Assembly (NCBI GenBank): GCA_023213395.1
Contig: CM041465.1
Coordinates: 15,004,001-15,068,000, forward strand
Length of the DNA: 64,000 bases
Source of the DNA: Cycas panzhihuaensis
Lineage: Eukaryota > Plantae > Cycadophyta
Reading direction: 5' to 3'
In this document: positions 24,643-38,713 of the stretch, piece after piece
How positions within the stretch are numbered: the stretch's first letter is position 1
How the letters are laid out: the number at the start of each line of letters is the position of its first letter
Notes under the pieces: generated by a model
Seen by the model: the letters and a program-made list of their open reading frames with translations, nothing else
The model's database searches: none
Told to the model about the DNA's origin: nothing
Program-made: the position numbers and the translations under genes

Positions 24643-27600
24643 TGTTGGAGAGATGGGATTATTATGCATTACATCTACTTAAAACACAAGTGTAACATTG
24701 AATACATTTAATATAAATTCATCTACATAATACACACCAAATCGATAGGTGGAAAACTCCTATAGGGGAAGAAAAACCACCTCATAGTAGAATATTTTAT
24801 TATAATAAAATTCAAATATACATAGATAAATTTAGTGATCTCACCATCTCTCTCTTCTGCTAACCTAACCACATAACCATGACCTACATAACCAACATAA
24901 TATGATAGATTCTTGAATAGTTATTTGAGGAGATAGGTTAAAGTTTGTTGAAATGGAAACAATCAATTTCACTAAACTTTTAGTATATAATAATTAAAGT
25001 TTATAAAGATAACATTATAATTGATTAATAAAGTTTATTTCTAACACCTCCCCACCCTTTAATGTTATCTTAAATACAATAGAGGATGAAGAAGATGATG
25101 AAGACTTCAACACATTAATCCTCCTTTGATGATGACTTCATCAATCTTTAATAACTCTCATAACTTGATGAACTTAGCTTTTGTGAGTGGCTTTACCAGT
25201 ATATCTATAATCTACAAATCTATAGGATAATAAGATATGCTAATAATATTATTATTTATAGGATTGTAAATAAAATACTAATATAATTCTATATGTTTAG
25301 TTCTAAAATATGCTATACAATTAGGCATGATAGAAATAGAATCTTGGTTATTAACTTTTATCTAAATAGAAGAGATAAAAAGCAAACTAAGTTTATTTAA
25401 TAAATATTTAATCCAAAGAGATTCCTTATTAGCTTCTACCAAGGCTTGATATTTAACTTCTATTGTAGATAGTGCCAATAATTACATCTTTTTGTTAAAC
25501 CATGTGATAGAAGAAGATTTAATAAAAAAGATATATCTAACTGTGGATTTTTGGTCATCTAAATCTCCTGCCCAATTAGAATTTGTATAACTTATCTATT
25601 TTAGATTAGTATTGTCCTAATTATATATTAAGCCATAATAAATTATACCTTAAATATATTATAGAATTTATTTTGATACTTTTTAGTGTGATTCATGGGG
25701 CTTTTGTATATACCTAGAATACAAAGCAACATCATAGGAAATGTTTGAGAAAGTGTAGGTTAGGTAAATAAGACTTCCTATTAACTAATAATATAATGTA
25801 GGATTACACTATAAGGTTTAACAATTAGTAGATAACTTTACACTTGATTATAGAGGAGTTGGGGTTGGTTTTAAATTTTCCATATTAAACCTTTTAATTA
25901 GATCAAGTATGTAGTTAAACTATGAAATAGAGATTATAGATTTAGACTAATAGATTTGAAGATCAAGAAAGTAGTGAAGAAGTCTTAGGTCTGTCATTTT
26001 AAATTTATTCATTAGAATAGATTTTAATTGAAGAATGTCAAAGAGTAAATATCTGGTTATGATAGCATCATCAACATAAAGAATTAGAATAGTGATATTG
26101 TCATCTTATCATTTGATATAAAGGTTAGAATCATTAATTCATTTAGTATATCTATTTTGAAGAAGATAGTTATATATTTTCATGTATTAAGCTCTGTGGG
26201 TTTATTTAAGACCATATAAATATTTTTTGAGTTTATAAATAAGATTGGGATTAGACACAAAATGAGGGGGTTAAGATATATAGATTTCTTTGTCAAGGTC
26301 ACTAATTAGAAAATCACTCTTTATATCTATTTGATGTATTTTTTAACAAAACTTGATTGCGATAGTAATAATAGTTTTAATTGTATTCATTTTTGCAATA
26401 TCAGTAAAGATTTTAGTATAATCAATGGTATCAATTTGAGAAAAACCTTTAATTACTAAACATATCTTATGGTTTTCTATAACTCTTTCAAATTTATATT
26501 TAGTTTAGTAAACCCATTTGTATTCTACCAAATTTTTACTTAGTGGAAATAGAACTAAATCCCAAGTTGAATTCTTTAAAAGAGCATCATATTCTATTTG
26601 CATGGCTTATTGCCACACATAATTATTATAAGATTCCTTGAATATTTTAGGATCATTATTAGTCATTACTTTGGCTATTAAAGTAACATTAGATTATAAT
26701 TTTTGTGATCTAGTTCTCCTAGTATCTAATGCATTACTAGCATCAGAACTAGCATTAGAAAGGGTTTTTTGAGCCCATACTAGTTGTTTATTTTTAGGAG
26801 GTTGGTTGGAAGAAGTACATGGATCTAATATACTAGGTTTAGTTAGAGTCTAATTTTGGACTTGTGTAGATAAACTTTTAATTACTTCATTATCTCCTTA
26901 TTTTTTTGAAGGATCTATTAGTATAGTGTTAGTTAATAGACTTTTAATAGGAAGTTCAACTTAATTGGAGTTTGATGAAGATCCCTCTTCATCAAAAAGG
27001 ACATCATGCATAATTGATATTTTTTACGTGATAGGATCTAGCAATCTATAAACTTTACTTTCTTTGTTGTATCTAACGAAGATAAATTAGAGCTTTTAGG
27101 GTCTAGTTTCTTACATTTTTCCTTTAGAAAATATCCCCAAGCAATGCTTCTAAAGATTTTAAGATATTTTATAGATGGTTTATAACTAGACCACTTTTAT
27201 TTTGGTGTAACATTTTATAAAGATTTACCTAGTAATTAATTTAACAAGTAATTGGAGTAAGCTATTACTTCAACCCATAATTTTAAGTCAAGACCTTTTG
27301 CATGTAACATACATCTAGTCATTTTAACTAAGGTGTGATCCTTGCATTCAACAAAACCTTTTTATTGGGGAGTATAGGCAATGAAACGTTGAAATCTTAT
27401 TTCGTGCTTTTCATAGAATGAAGTGATTTTATTACTTAGGTATTTCCTTGGCATTATCAAATCTAAAAATTTTAATTTTTAAGTTGCATTGATTTTTAAC
27501 CAATGTTTTAAATTCAATAAAGATATCAAATACTTAACTTCTAGTTTTAAGCATATTGACCTGAAAATCATTGATAAGGGTAATAAAATATTTACTTTTA

Positions 27601-30600
27601 GAGTATGACGATACTTAGAAGGGATCATAGATGTTTGAATGCATAAGTTCAAGTAGTAATTTTAATCAAAATGAGGTTTGATAAGGGAAGGGGTCCATGT
27701 GTTACTTACCTATTATACATGCTTCGCAAACACCATAAACTATTGATAAGGGTGGGAGACCATGAACCATGTCATATTGATTTAAGTACCATAGTTTGCC
27801 ATAACTTGTATGGATAAAGTGTGCATGCCAAAGTTTACTAACTGGGTTAGAATTAGCTATGAAAGTAGTAAAGGGTTTAATTTTAAAATGATTTAGATTT
27901 GTTAAGTTATATAGACCTAATTTATAGTCAGTAGGTCCTAAAGTAATAGGTTTGAGTTTGTTAAAGAGTTACTTTATAATAAATTTATCTTTCTAGAATT
28001 TGACAAAAAGGTCCTTTTAGTAGATTTGATATATAGATAAAATGTTAGGTAATAAACTTGGAACATAAAATACATCCTTAATAGAACCATCCTTCAAAGA
28101 TACATCACTAGTCCCTTTGAATTTTAATTGAGAACCACTTCTAAAAGAGATTTCTTCTTTGAAATTAGAATTAGGTTGATAACTGGATAAATATTCTTAG
28201 TGTCCTATCATACAGTGGGAAGCATTAGAATCTAAGATCTGCGAAGGTAGATGAAAAATAGGAGTAGAAGAAGTAGATGTAGTGGTAGTTAGAGAATTAT
28301 AAGAATTATGGGATCGTGATTAGATCCCTTTGAATCTTTCCATACTTCATAGGTGATTATGTTCCTACATATATCTATTATATACCCTCTTTTATGATAA
28401 TAAGTATAACCAACATTCTGATTATTATTGGGATTAAAATTATTCCTTTTTTAGAATGCTTGTTTATGTGAGTTTTAATTTTTAGGTGGTTCTAAGTAGT
28501 TAGGATCTTAATTATAACTATTAGAAGTAGAGCATCTATGAGGTTTTTAAAATTTAGGATAACTATTGTGATTATTTTATTAATTACTTTAGTTTCTTGA
28601 TTTGTTTTGTAGTTTAGCTTTAGGAAAAAAGGCTTGAGAAGGATCTTGAATTTTTCCAGTTTAAATTAACATAGTTTGGTATTCAACTGGTTGGTTTGTT
28701 AATTGATCAAATATAATAAGAGGGTGCCTACACTACTATCTAGTAGTTTTATATTGATTAAAAGATTTCAGAAGTTTGTTGATTACAAGATAAATAGGAG
28801 TGTCATCATCTCTTATATGAGTTATGGTTATGACATTGTATCATTTTAACTATAAATTTAATGCAATTCCATAAATTTATATTTATGAGTTGAAGGTTAG
28901 ATAAGAACTCCTCAACTATAGAGAAATCTTCATAATTTAAGTCATACATCTTTTGTTTAAGAATGACAACTTGTTGTGTATATGTTTTGTCATATTTCTC
29001 CTTGAGTTTGGCTTAGATGATGGTTAGATCATTTGTGTTAGAGAACTATCTATGTATATCTAGTGAGAGAGGGATTAAGATGGTGCCTCCATCACAGTTC
29101 ATTAGATAAACCATATAGACATCTGATATTTTGTCAGTAGGTTTCACAAACTCTCCAGCCACATACCACCTAATCTTTTGTTGTTTAAGTTAGTTAGATA
29201 CTTTGACTTTCTAGTTAGTATAATTTGTGTTATTTAAAAATGGAAATAAGATGGAAGAGGTCATCCCTAACATGATTATCATTTTGGGAAATAAACCTAT
29301 GTAGAGATCCTCTTTTAATTAAAAGAAATGATAAGGTAAATAATAAGAAAAAATAAACTTTTAAATTGATACAATTAAGCCACAAATATTAAATGAAGAT
29401 AGTCACAACATTTTTATTTCAAAATTAGAGGAAAAATAATATTTATTTAATATAAGTAAAGATACATAAGTATTTAAAAAATGAGTTATAAAAAATATAA
29501 ATAAATAGGGGGATTAACCCTTTAAAACATTAAAAATTAATTACAAATATTTTGAAATTATGTTTTTAATTATACATATCAAAAATTAAATCAAGTTTAT
29601 AAATATTTGTATAAATTATAATATTATTTACAATAAATAACATTAAAATAATAGTTAAATTACTTATAAATAAATTGAATGAATTTATTAAAAGATAAGT
29701 AATAAAATAATGTGATTAATTTATCAAATTAATAAATGATTAATAATGTATTAAATTGAATTAAAAATTTAAAAAAATTATAAATAAATTTATAAAATTA
29801 AAATACGTACTTAAACTTACTTATTTGTAGTCAATTCCATTGAATTTGATCAAAGTTTTCCCTATCAAAATGAAATCAAAAGTACTTGAGTGAATAGTTA
29901 AATTGATGATGTCTAAATTAGGATTTTAATGCAACTATCAAAACTAAATTCTAACTTTAGAGGATGAAGTTGTGTTAGAAAACATGTACGTGACTCTTTT
30001 GAAATATGGGGAGGGCTAAATATTAGGGGTTAAGCCCCATTTATAGATAGGTTAGGGTCATATGAGGTAGTGCTATAATCAGGGGCTAATAGGATAGGGG
30101 CTATGGACCTGAAATCTCAATTAACTAGATTAGAATATTTTTGTAATTATGAAAATATTAAATAAAATTTAATAAATATTTGACATCCATTTGGACATAA
30201 AAAGGGAAACTATGTAATCCAACTTAGTGTTTGATTGAATAATTTTGTCTGAAATGAATTGCAGTAGTGGTAGCGATCAAATTTGCATTGATGATCCAAT
30301 GTTTTAATATTTCTTTAATTTTTTTTGCTCAATGTCTTTGTGTGTAGTTATATTTACATTATGTATTAGGATTCAGAGTATTTATAGGCATCTAATCCCT
30401 ATTTTATTATGTGGCTACGTGGAGGATGTAATGGCATCATCTTCTATGTTGCAACTAAAATTGCATAATGGTTAGTCTACTCTCATCACATGCAACCTTG
30501 TGCCATCACGAGTTCTTTGTTCACTACAAGGGTTCAACTATAATTATGTCTTCTTATTGTTTACAGGGTCGTAGTTCAAATCATAACAATGATACCATCA

Positions 30601-31459
30601 ACGAAGAACCTGATTTAAATAAGTAGGTTGAGAGAGCATTGTTCTTCATTTATTGGCTATTGTAGTGAATACCAATAATTCCACTATATGGCATTACTCT
30701 TACAGTGAAACATTTCCCTTTCCTAGCTCTATTTACTACAAGTGACTCTATGGCATTGACGTGGGCACATTTTTCATTTTGGCATAAGTCCAAATGGCTT
30801 ATCAGTATTTCATGGCATTAATATATTAGGATATTCTTTATTCATGTCCAATCTTATCCATGAGTGAAAGTTATAATAGTCATAATAGACCTCATTCTCA
30901 GAGAGATAACACTTGCGTGTAATAAAGATCAAAAGATGAGACACTAATATATAAAGATGGAGAAGAATCTACAATATAAAATCTTGTGATGTTGATAACA
31001 TAGAGCAATGCTTAGTTCCACAATTGCTAGCTTTAATACCATGTTGGAGAGAGGGGACTATTATACATTACAACTACTCAAAACACAGGCATAATATTGA
31101 ATACATTTAATACAAATTCATCTATGTAATACATACCAAATTGGTATGTGGAAAATCTATGCAAGGGAAGACAAACCACCTCATAATAGAATATTTTATT
31201 ATAATATAAATCAAATATACATAAATGAATCTAAGGATCTCATCCTCTCTCTCTTCTACTAGCTTAACCATACAACCATAACCCATGTAACCAATGTAAC
31301 ATGATAGATTCTTGAATAATTATTTAAGAAGATAGGTTAAAGTTTGTTGAAATGGAAATGGTCTATTTCACTAAACTTAGTATATAATAATTAAATACAT
31401 AATAATTAAACTTTATAAAGATAACATTATAATTAATTTAATAAAGTTTATTTTGAATA
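24643..31459 (-). mobile_element. full-length decayed Ty1/copia element
   Basis: LTRs 24643-25046 and 31042-31459; TSD ATACT (24638-24642, 31460-31464); degenerate iMet PBS tggtattaaagct at 31029-31041; PPT at 25047-25056; gag ~28400-29270, PR ~28200, INT ~27000-27850 (LWHAHF, YTPQ*KG), RT ~25600-26700 (LYVDD), RH ~25150-25600. Confidence 0.93.
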
Positions 31460-31464
31460 ATACT

Positions 31465-33600
31465 CAAAGCACAATTATACTCCACTCCTTATGCTAGTTT
31501 AGTTGTAGCTCATTTGACTCAAATCAAAGCATTGAGGAATCAATTAAATATACTTAGATAACCACTTGATGATAGTGACCTGATATCTTACATCGTGAAC
31601 ATATTACGAGGATACAACTCTCTTATTTTTGATGTCTCATTTTAATTATCTAGCCACGTTAGATTTTAATACTTTTGAGGGACTTTTGTTACAAGATAAA
31701 TGCATTTTGAATAGACTTAGAAATGTAGGTGCCTCCTCATCAACTCATACCTTAGTTGCATGGCATAAATGGAGGCAACATCATTTAGTAGTTTAGTTCC
31801 TAGGATTTAAATCAACACTAATAATTTCAATAGCATTCAAATCAGGTTGTTTGTCATTATTATGATAAATCGAGTCACATTACACTTGAATATAGAAAAA
31901 AGAGAGCTGACCTACAACAACAACAATGATATCAAAACTAACCTATAAATAAAGGTAATCCTAACCATAGTTATTGCAATTTTCAAGGAGCAAAGAGACT
32001 AAATTATAATGCAAAACACACTAATTAGGGCAATGTTAGATATCATACTTGTAACTAGTGAAGAAATTAGAATTAAGGAGGTCATATTGTTGACTCTCAA
32101 TTTTTTTTTTGCTACTTTTGTAACTCATCATTCTGATAAATCCTAATTGATTAGTTCTAGGGCATCTTGACATATTATTGGTTTTGAAGAATTACTTATA
32201 GATACAAGGCTAATTCAAGATCAATCTATAACCTTTGATGATGATGTTATACTTGAGGTTGCTAAAATTAGCAATGATCCCATTTTATTAAAAGACTGTA
32301 ACATTAAATATCATCTAAATAATATTTTTTATGTACTTGGAATAATAAGAATTTTATTATCTATTGGTTAGATAAATAAGAAAAAGTATGATATGTTATT
32401 TAGTTGCCTTGGTAAATGCCTTATTACTAATATAAATGGCAATTTGATTGCCATTAGATATGGAGACTAAAACCTCTACAAGATGGATGCAATCTCTACA
32501 CCTACACTTCTTTATACAAAAATTGGCACTTGTACTAACTTTATTTCAACTTTTGATAATTCTACTTTAACTTCTAATAGTGAAGAGTAAACTATTTCAA
32601 ATGCACATATCTCCTAGACATATTCTATAGACCAATTATGGCATCAATGCCTTGGTCATTTAAACATGAATAGTTTCCATCTACTATTCAAGCAGAATAT
32701 GGTGTATGGGTTTCCAAAAATCAAATAACTAAATGTTTTTATGAAACTTGCATTATAGGAAAACATCACAGAGCATTATTCAAATCAAATGGTTAAGCCT
32801 AGCATACTAAGGAACCATTAAGATTTATATTTCTGACATTTTTAGACTAATGTCATAAGGCTCTTTTAATGGTTATCGTTTCTTCATCACATTCATTAAT
32901 GACTTTTCTCTCAAGATTTAGGTTTATTTTTTGAAGTAAAAATTGGAACCATTTAAAAAATTCAAAGAATTTAAGCATGGCACTAAGTTAGATGTTGGTA
33001 TGCCACTTAAAATCTTCCTTTGTGATAATGGAGGTAAATATACTTTAAAAGAATTCACTCAGTTCTACAAGGATGATAACATTAAAAGGTAAATGTCTAC
33101 ACCTTATACTCCTTAGAAAAATATAGTTGCTACGAGGATGAACTAGATCTTCATTAGCAAAGGCAAAGTCATGCTTGCCACTAAAAATCTTGGACTTTAA
33201 TTCTGGATTGAAGCTATTAATATTACTGCATATCTTACCAATTTAAGTCCAACTAAGGTAGGCATGAACATTTCATTTGAGGAGGCTTGGTTAGGCCAAA
33301 ATCCCATAGTCTCACATTTGTGTATTTTTGAATACATAATATACATACATATACTAAAAGAATAGAGAAAGAAGCTTGATAAGAAAAGCAAAAAATACAT
33401 CTTTATTGTCTATATGCCTAGCTATAAAGCCTATAAACTTTATGACCTTATGGCATTCCAAATGCACACATCTTAGGATGTAATTTCTTTTGAAGAAAAT
33501 TAGGACCTAAATCTACAACAAATTTCCTTTGTTAATGATCAAGAGGATATTGTAGTAACTATTATTCCTCTTCAAGTCACATAGAATATTCTTACAGTTA
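31465..33600 (+). pseudogene. copia gag-PR-integrase remnant (host element); RT/RH missing
   Basis: Zinc knuckle CHYYDKSSH; SRAS*HI protease; LWHQCLGHLN; FITFINDFS; DNGGKY; TPYTP; FWIEAINITAYL; KLDKKSKKYIF. Confidence 0.85.
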
Positions 33601-33765
33601 TAACCTTATGACATTCCAAATGCACACATCTCAGGATGTAATTTTTTTTAAAGAAAATCAAGACTTAAATCTATAACAAATTTCCTTTTCTAACGATTAA
33701 GAGGATATTGTAGTAACCATTATTCCTCTTCAAGTCATATAGAATGTTCATGTAATTATAAGCTT
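33445..33765 (+). repeat. ~158-bp tandem duplication at the copia/gypsy junction
   Basis: accttatg.cattccaaatgcacacatct... starts at 33445 and again at 33603. Confidence 0.9.
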
Positions 33766-35664
33766 ATGATAATACCTTATCATACCTACAAATCCCCACC
33801 TTATCATACCTATAAATCCTTTGAGATTTTTTATAATTTTGGTATATGAAAGTTCAAAAATTACTACTAACCTATCTAGATCTATGAGCATTCCTTCTTT
33901 AGTTACCACATATCCTAACATTATTCCAAAAGGTACCAAAAAGGTATATTTTTTTGGATTCAAATATAAATTAGTTTTCTTATAAATGTTTAACATTAGA
34001 AGCAAATTGCTCAAATGAGTTTTAAATAAGGTGTAAAGAGTATAATCATCCAAAAATACTTCAATTATTTTCCCTATGGTTTCTTTAAAAATATTTAGAA
34101 TCACCCTTTAAAAGGTGGTTGGTGCATTAGCTAAGCCAAAATGCATGATACAGTAGGTATAATTACCTCACTCCATTATAAACGTTGTTTGCAATTAATC
34201 TTTCAAGGTAATTTAGACTTGGTTGCATCCATTGAATCCATCAGTGAATGAGAAAACCTTATGTCTAAACACCTTTTCTAAGATGCATTTAGTGAATGGG
34301 ATAGGAAATAGATCTTATTTAGTGGCCTTATTTAAGGCTTTGTAATCCATACAAACTCAAAGTTTTACGTTCTTTTTGGGAACAATTACCACTAAACTCA
34401 CAAATTCACTATTTTTGACTTTGAAGATATATCCAACTTCTAGAAACTTATCTAATTATGCCTTAACTCTTTCATTGTATTTAGGGTTTATTTTGTGTAG
34501 GTATTGCATCACAATCCTTTCCCCTTCAATTAAGTCAAACTTATACTCCCCTAATTCTAGTGGAATACCTTTAAGGTCCTTATAGGACCATGTAAAAACA
34601 TTGTTGTATTCTATAAAAAGAGTTATAGCTTTATTTAGTCTCCTTATCCAAGTAATCACCCATGTTGATATATTTAGGTTGCTCTTTTATCCTAATGTTG
34701 ATATTTTATAACTTCAATTCTTTTCCTTGGTTAGTTCTTCCACTTGTTTTCATCACAGCTGTTGATGTTTCATCTATCATTCTATCTCTAAATTCTAGAG
34801 TAGAATATGTAGGAGGAAAATTTTAGAGATTTAACTAACTCCCTTCTTCAAAAGGAGAGTTTGGCTCTAGTCTTTGCCCATCCTTTTTGATCATTTGAAT
34901 GTTGAAACATCCCAAAGCTTGAGTAATTATCTTTTACTTTAATATAGAAAGTACTATTTATGTCTTAAGATCAAATCTATAATACGTAAAAGTTATATAA
35001 AATTCCTATTCCAATTCATTCCATTTTATAATATGTGATTTGTTATAATGATGATACCAACATTTCGTTATATCCTAAAATGTGATGGCCAAATAATTAG
35101 CCCATTCATGCCATTTATGACCTTATCCCCTGAAATCTTAACATTATTCTGAACATATTTAAATGTGTCCCCATTATTAAAACATTTAGGCTACTCATGA
35201 TTATCTTTTTGAAATCTAGTTTTTATTAAAGACCAATTATGAAATTTTCTATAATGTGCACAATGCCAAGTGAAAGCTTATACAGTCAAGGATAAATAAT
35301 AGAGATGCATCTAAAATTATTCATGCCACTGATTATTATTCCAAATTTTTACATATTATACTATATGGTTTTCAATGCATCCCTTTTCACCACAAAATTA
35401 TGGAAGCTTTTTAAGACCTTTCGTAAAATAATTTTGGGTTACCATGAATGACTTATAATCTAGGTATCTCTTGCTAGTTTATTATCTTCCCTTATTAAGT
35501 CAAACTTTGTGCTTCTTTGAATAATTTTGCTAGGCTAGCTTTAAATATTGTAGTTTGATACTTTCTATCTTCTTCTAAAATATTTGATTCCTTTAGTTCT
35601 CCCTCTAAAGTTAAACCTAGATATGTCGCTAATCAATAATAATTTAATGGTTTTATTTCCTCCC
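33748..35664 (-). pseudogene. pol: non-chromoviral gypsy RT and upstream linker (continues at 41130)
   Basis: FTWSYKDLKGIP; VIVPKK; FSFTDGFNGCNQV; FGLANAPTTF; EVFLDD; LNPKKY. Confidence 0.85.
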
Positions 35665-36129
35665 TATAGGAAAATAATGGAGCTAAACTAAGCTCTGATA
35701 CCAAATGTTAGAAATTAAATATTACAGGAGAACAGGGTAGAACATATACAAAAACCATATAGATCAATATTACATCATAGCATCATAGCTTCAATATAAA
35801 AGTACTTTGTATTCAATCCATATTGTAGTGAAGAGAGTTACAAATTTCCCAATAAGGGTAGTGTCTAAAGACACCAAGATTGTACACCCCTCAATATTTA
35901 TAATTTTGGGGGAGGAGGGAAACTCCTCAACCCCTAAAATTTAAATTATAATAAAATAATATAAACTTAACTTAAAGTAAACTTAACTCAAATTAACATT
36001 AACTTACCTTAACTTACCTACATATGTTAAGCACCCACATGTGTAAATTAAAGATGATGAGGCGTGCTCCCCTGGTTGGAAGGTGGGAGTGGAGTGATGA
36101 TAATTAACTCCAACATTCTCCCCTTTAAT

Positions 36130-36854
36130 GGTCATCATGAACACTTGTATCTTCTCTTTGAACTTATAAAATTTGTATTTGAAAAAAATATTGAAATTAT
36201 GTCTTGTAGCTTAATCTTTATAAACTCTTCTTATCCTTTTACCAATGTATATGTCTTCATTATTAAATGGTACAATAAATCTATAGTTAAATGAAGCTTG
36301 ATTTGTATAGAAATGAATAGCTGCAACTTTGACTTTGTCAACTGAAACTTTAAGAAAACTTTGAACTTGAACTTTATCTTTTGAAGACTTTATATTGTGA
36401 ACAACTATCATATCATAAGATTCATTATTTGTCATATCATATGGTTCATTCTCCCCCTCAAATGGAGGATCAGGTACTTGTGTAGCAAGTTGATCCTGCA
36501 TTTGATCTGAACCTTTATTGGTTTCGTCATTACAATTCACGTGTTGTATTACATGTCTCACATGCTCATCAAAAATATCATCAAGTACATGGAGGGTATC
36601 TCCCCTATAAGTAAAAAGTAATATATCCCATATAGATTTAGAAGTAGTTAATTTAGACACTTAAGAAAAACATCATCATTTATAGTGTAAAATAATAACC
36701 CTAAAACTTCATTATCCTTTTTAAAATTTTCTTTAATACTAAGATCACATTCATATTGTAAATATTTCAGAAGATCATATGTAATGAAGTAATCTTACAT
36801 AGTCTTGTGCCATAATGAAAAATTTTGCCTATCGAATATAGGAAATTGTGCCAT
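36130..36854 (-). pseudogene. gag: copia Gag N-terminus joined through an acidic linker to a vestigial RNase H tail
   Basis: ATG at 36854: MAQFPIFDRQNFSLWHKTM*DYFITYDL...DDVFLK/VSKLTTSKSIWDILLFTYRGD; near the PPT, IQIKLHLTIDLL and FYKFKEKIQV resemble the copia RH C-terminus. Confidence 0.7.
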
Positions 36855-38101
36855 TTTAATAAAAAACTTTAATACATAAAATGTATGCTTTTATTAAGTC
36901 AAAATAGTTAATAAACCAATGAATATATATGATTTTAAATAAACTTTTTAAAGGAGATATAATGCCCTTTGAAAGTGAATGAACTAAATGTAACCTTTAT
37001 AGGTGTAATAAGAAAATAAACTTTTCAATAATGATAAATGCTTTTAATATATATATGCCTTTGGAAAGTACATGAACTAAGCATAATAAGGAAATGATCC
37101 TTTCAATAATGATAAAAATAGATTTCGAATAAGTATGCCTTTCAAATAAACTTTGAAATAAAATGAATATAAGAGTGAATTTGAATGTAATAAAGATCAT
37201 TTTAACAAATCTGAAATAAACTTTGATGAAGAAAAGAATAATCCTTAACCTTTTGATTATTCAAATGAATAAATGTAAACTCTCAATGTAATAAATCCTT
37301 AGTCTTAATGATAATATATAATGCTGAAACAGAAATATATATGTGTAGGCTCACTTTAAAATATAAAGAATATGAAGAAACTTTTGAACAAAAAATATTG
37401 TACTTCTTAAAAGAAATGTTTAAAGGATAACCTCAAGTTGGGTAGCTTCAAAAGTATACTAAACGATGCTAGATTAAAATGAAACTTCACCAGTATGAAG
37501 ATTAATGAAATATGTTTTCAATGGAATTAACCGTTTTAAAAACAAATTCCTACAAGTCAAATTTTGATGATTCAAAGGTACATGCCTCTTTTTAAGGTAT
37601 AAGAGGAGCATGGAGCTCAAAATGGTATAAAAATGCCAACAAAATACTTATAAAATATTATACGATGATCAAATATCATTTATAAGACTACTTAATATAT
37701 TTTTAGCTGAATTTTTTTGAGAAATATATATAAAAAAGGTGTAAAAATGGCAGGTTAGAGACTATTAATTACCTCAACTTTGAACGATTTGAAAATGATA
37801 AAAAACACATTAAAATGTATAAAAAACTATGTCAGTTCGAAGAGGATTAAGTTAGATTCCCAACAAAATTGACAGGAGTGAATTCTAATAAAAAATAGAA
37901 AAGTTATAATGAAAATGGAAATAAGTACCTTTGTGTAAAAATGTTTAAAAAGTGCTTAAAACCACTGAAGTGCCACTTTTGGTGATTAAAATAATGATCA
38001 AAATGAATTCCAAAAAAAAAAAATAGAAGGTGGGTAATGAAGTTTGTTAAACGTAGATTACTATAGTCATCATCGTACCCACTACCCACGCCTCCTGTCA
38101 C

Positions 38102-38713
38102 ATGGCTGCGTGTAGAGGGCACACAGAGTCTCCCCCTCTCTGGTAATTAGTCTGAAGAAAAGAGGGATTTTTAATTGAGGTGTATGATCCTGTAGTGGAC
38201 AGATGAACTTCTCTCTCAATTCTGTCTAGCAATCTTGGAGGAAAAAATTATTGGATCTATGTGGTGGTGAATGGAAATCTATTTGGGTTGTGTTACGAAG
38301 GGCTGGGATTTGTCTTTGATCTCACGTCGCCGCCTACCCTCACCATAGTTTCTGGGGAAGTTTATGGGGCACACCCCAATCATGGAATCAACATTTTTTT
38401 TGCAAAGTGGGATTCGTTGTGGGGGGCAGTGGTAGTAAAAGGTATCCTTTTTACTTACTTCCAAGGTAAGCTTAGGGGATACGGTTTCGAGAACTATCAA
38501 TGGAATGTATTGCAGGGCATTAGAAGTTGTGTGAGAATTAGGCTATCTAGGGCTTCTTTAGTTAATATACAAGTGAAGCTCTGCGTGATTCATAAAATGG
38601 GCACTGATCTATTATTTACATGTTTGGATATTTATAAGCACGAAGGCCTGCTATGCTGCAAGGTCCAATGGTGTCTAAAATCTTCAAGAGCACATAGAAA
38701 AGATTTACCGTAA
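38102..38713 (+). pseudogene. captured fragment of a plant F-box/kelch-repeat (SKIP6-like) gene
   Basis: In frame with ORF 38261-38713: IEVYDPVVDR*TSL...VVVNGNLFGL...GFVFD...WGAVVVKGILFTYFQGKLRGYGFENYQWNVLQGI. This matches kelch blades of the EVFDP..W / AVVDGVLYCYDYLGKIRG.D...WKEL.G type. Locally GC-richer than the flanks. Confidence 0.7.

Noticed and set aside
38102-38713. Functional host kelch gene
   Set aside because: It has in-frame stops, lacks an F-box and the N-terminal blades, and lies between the LTRs of a TSD-bounded element.
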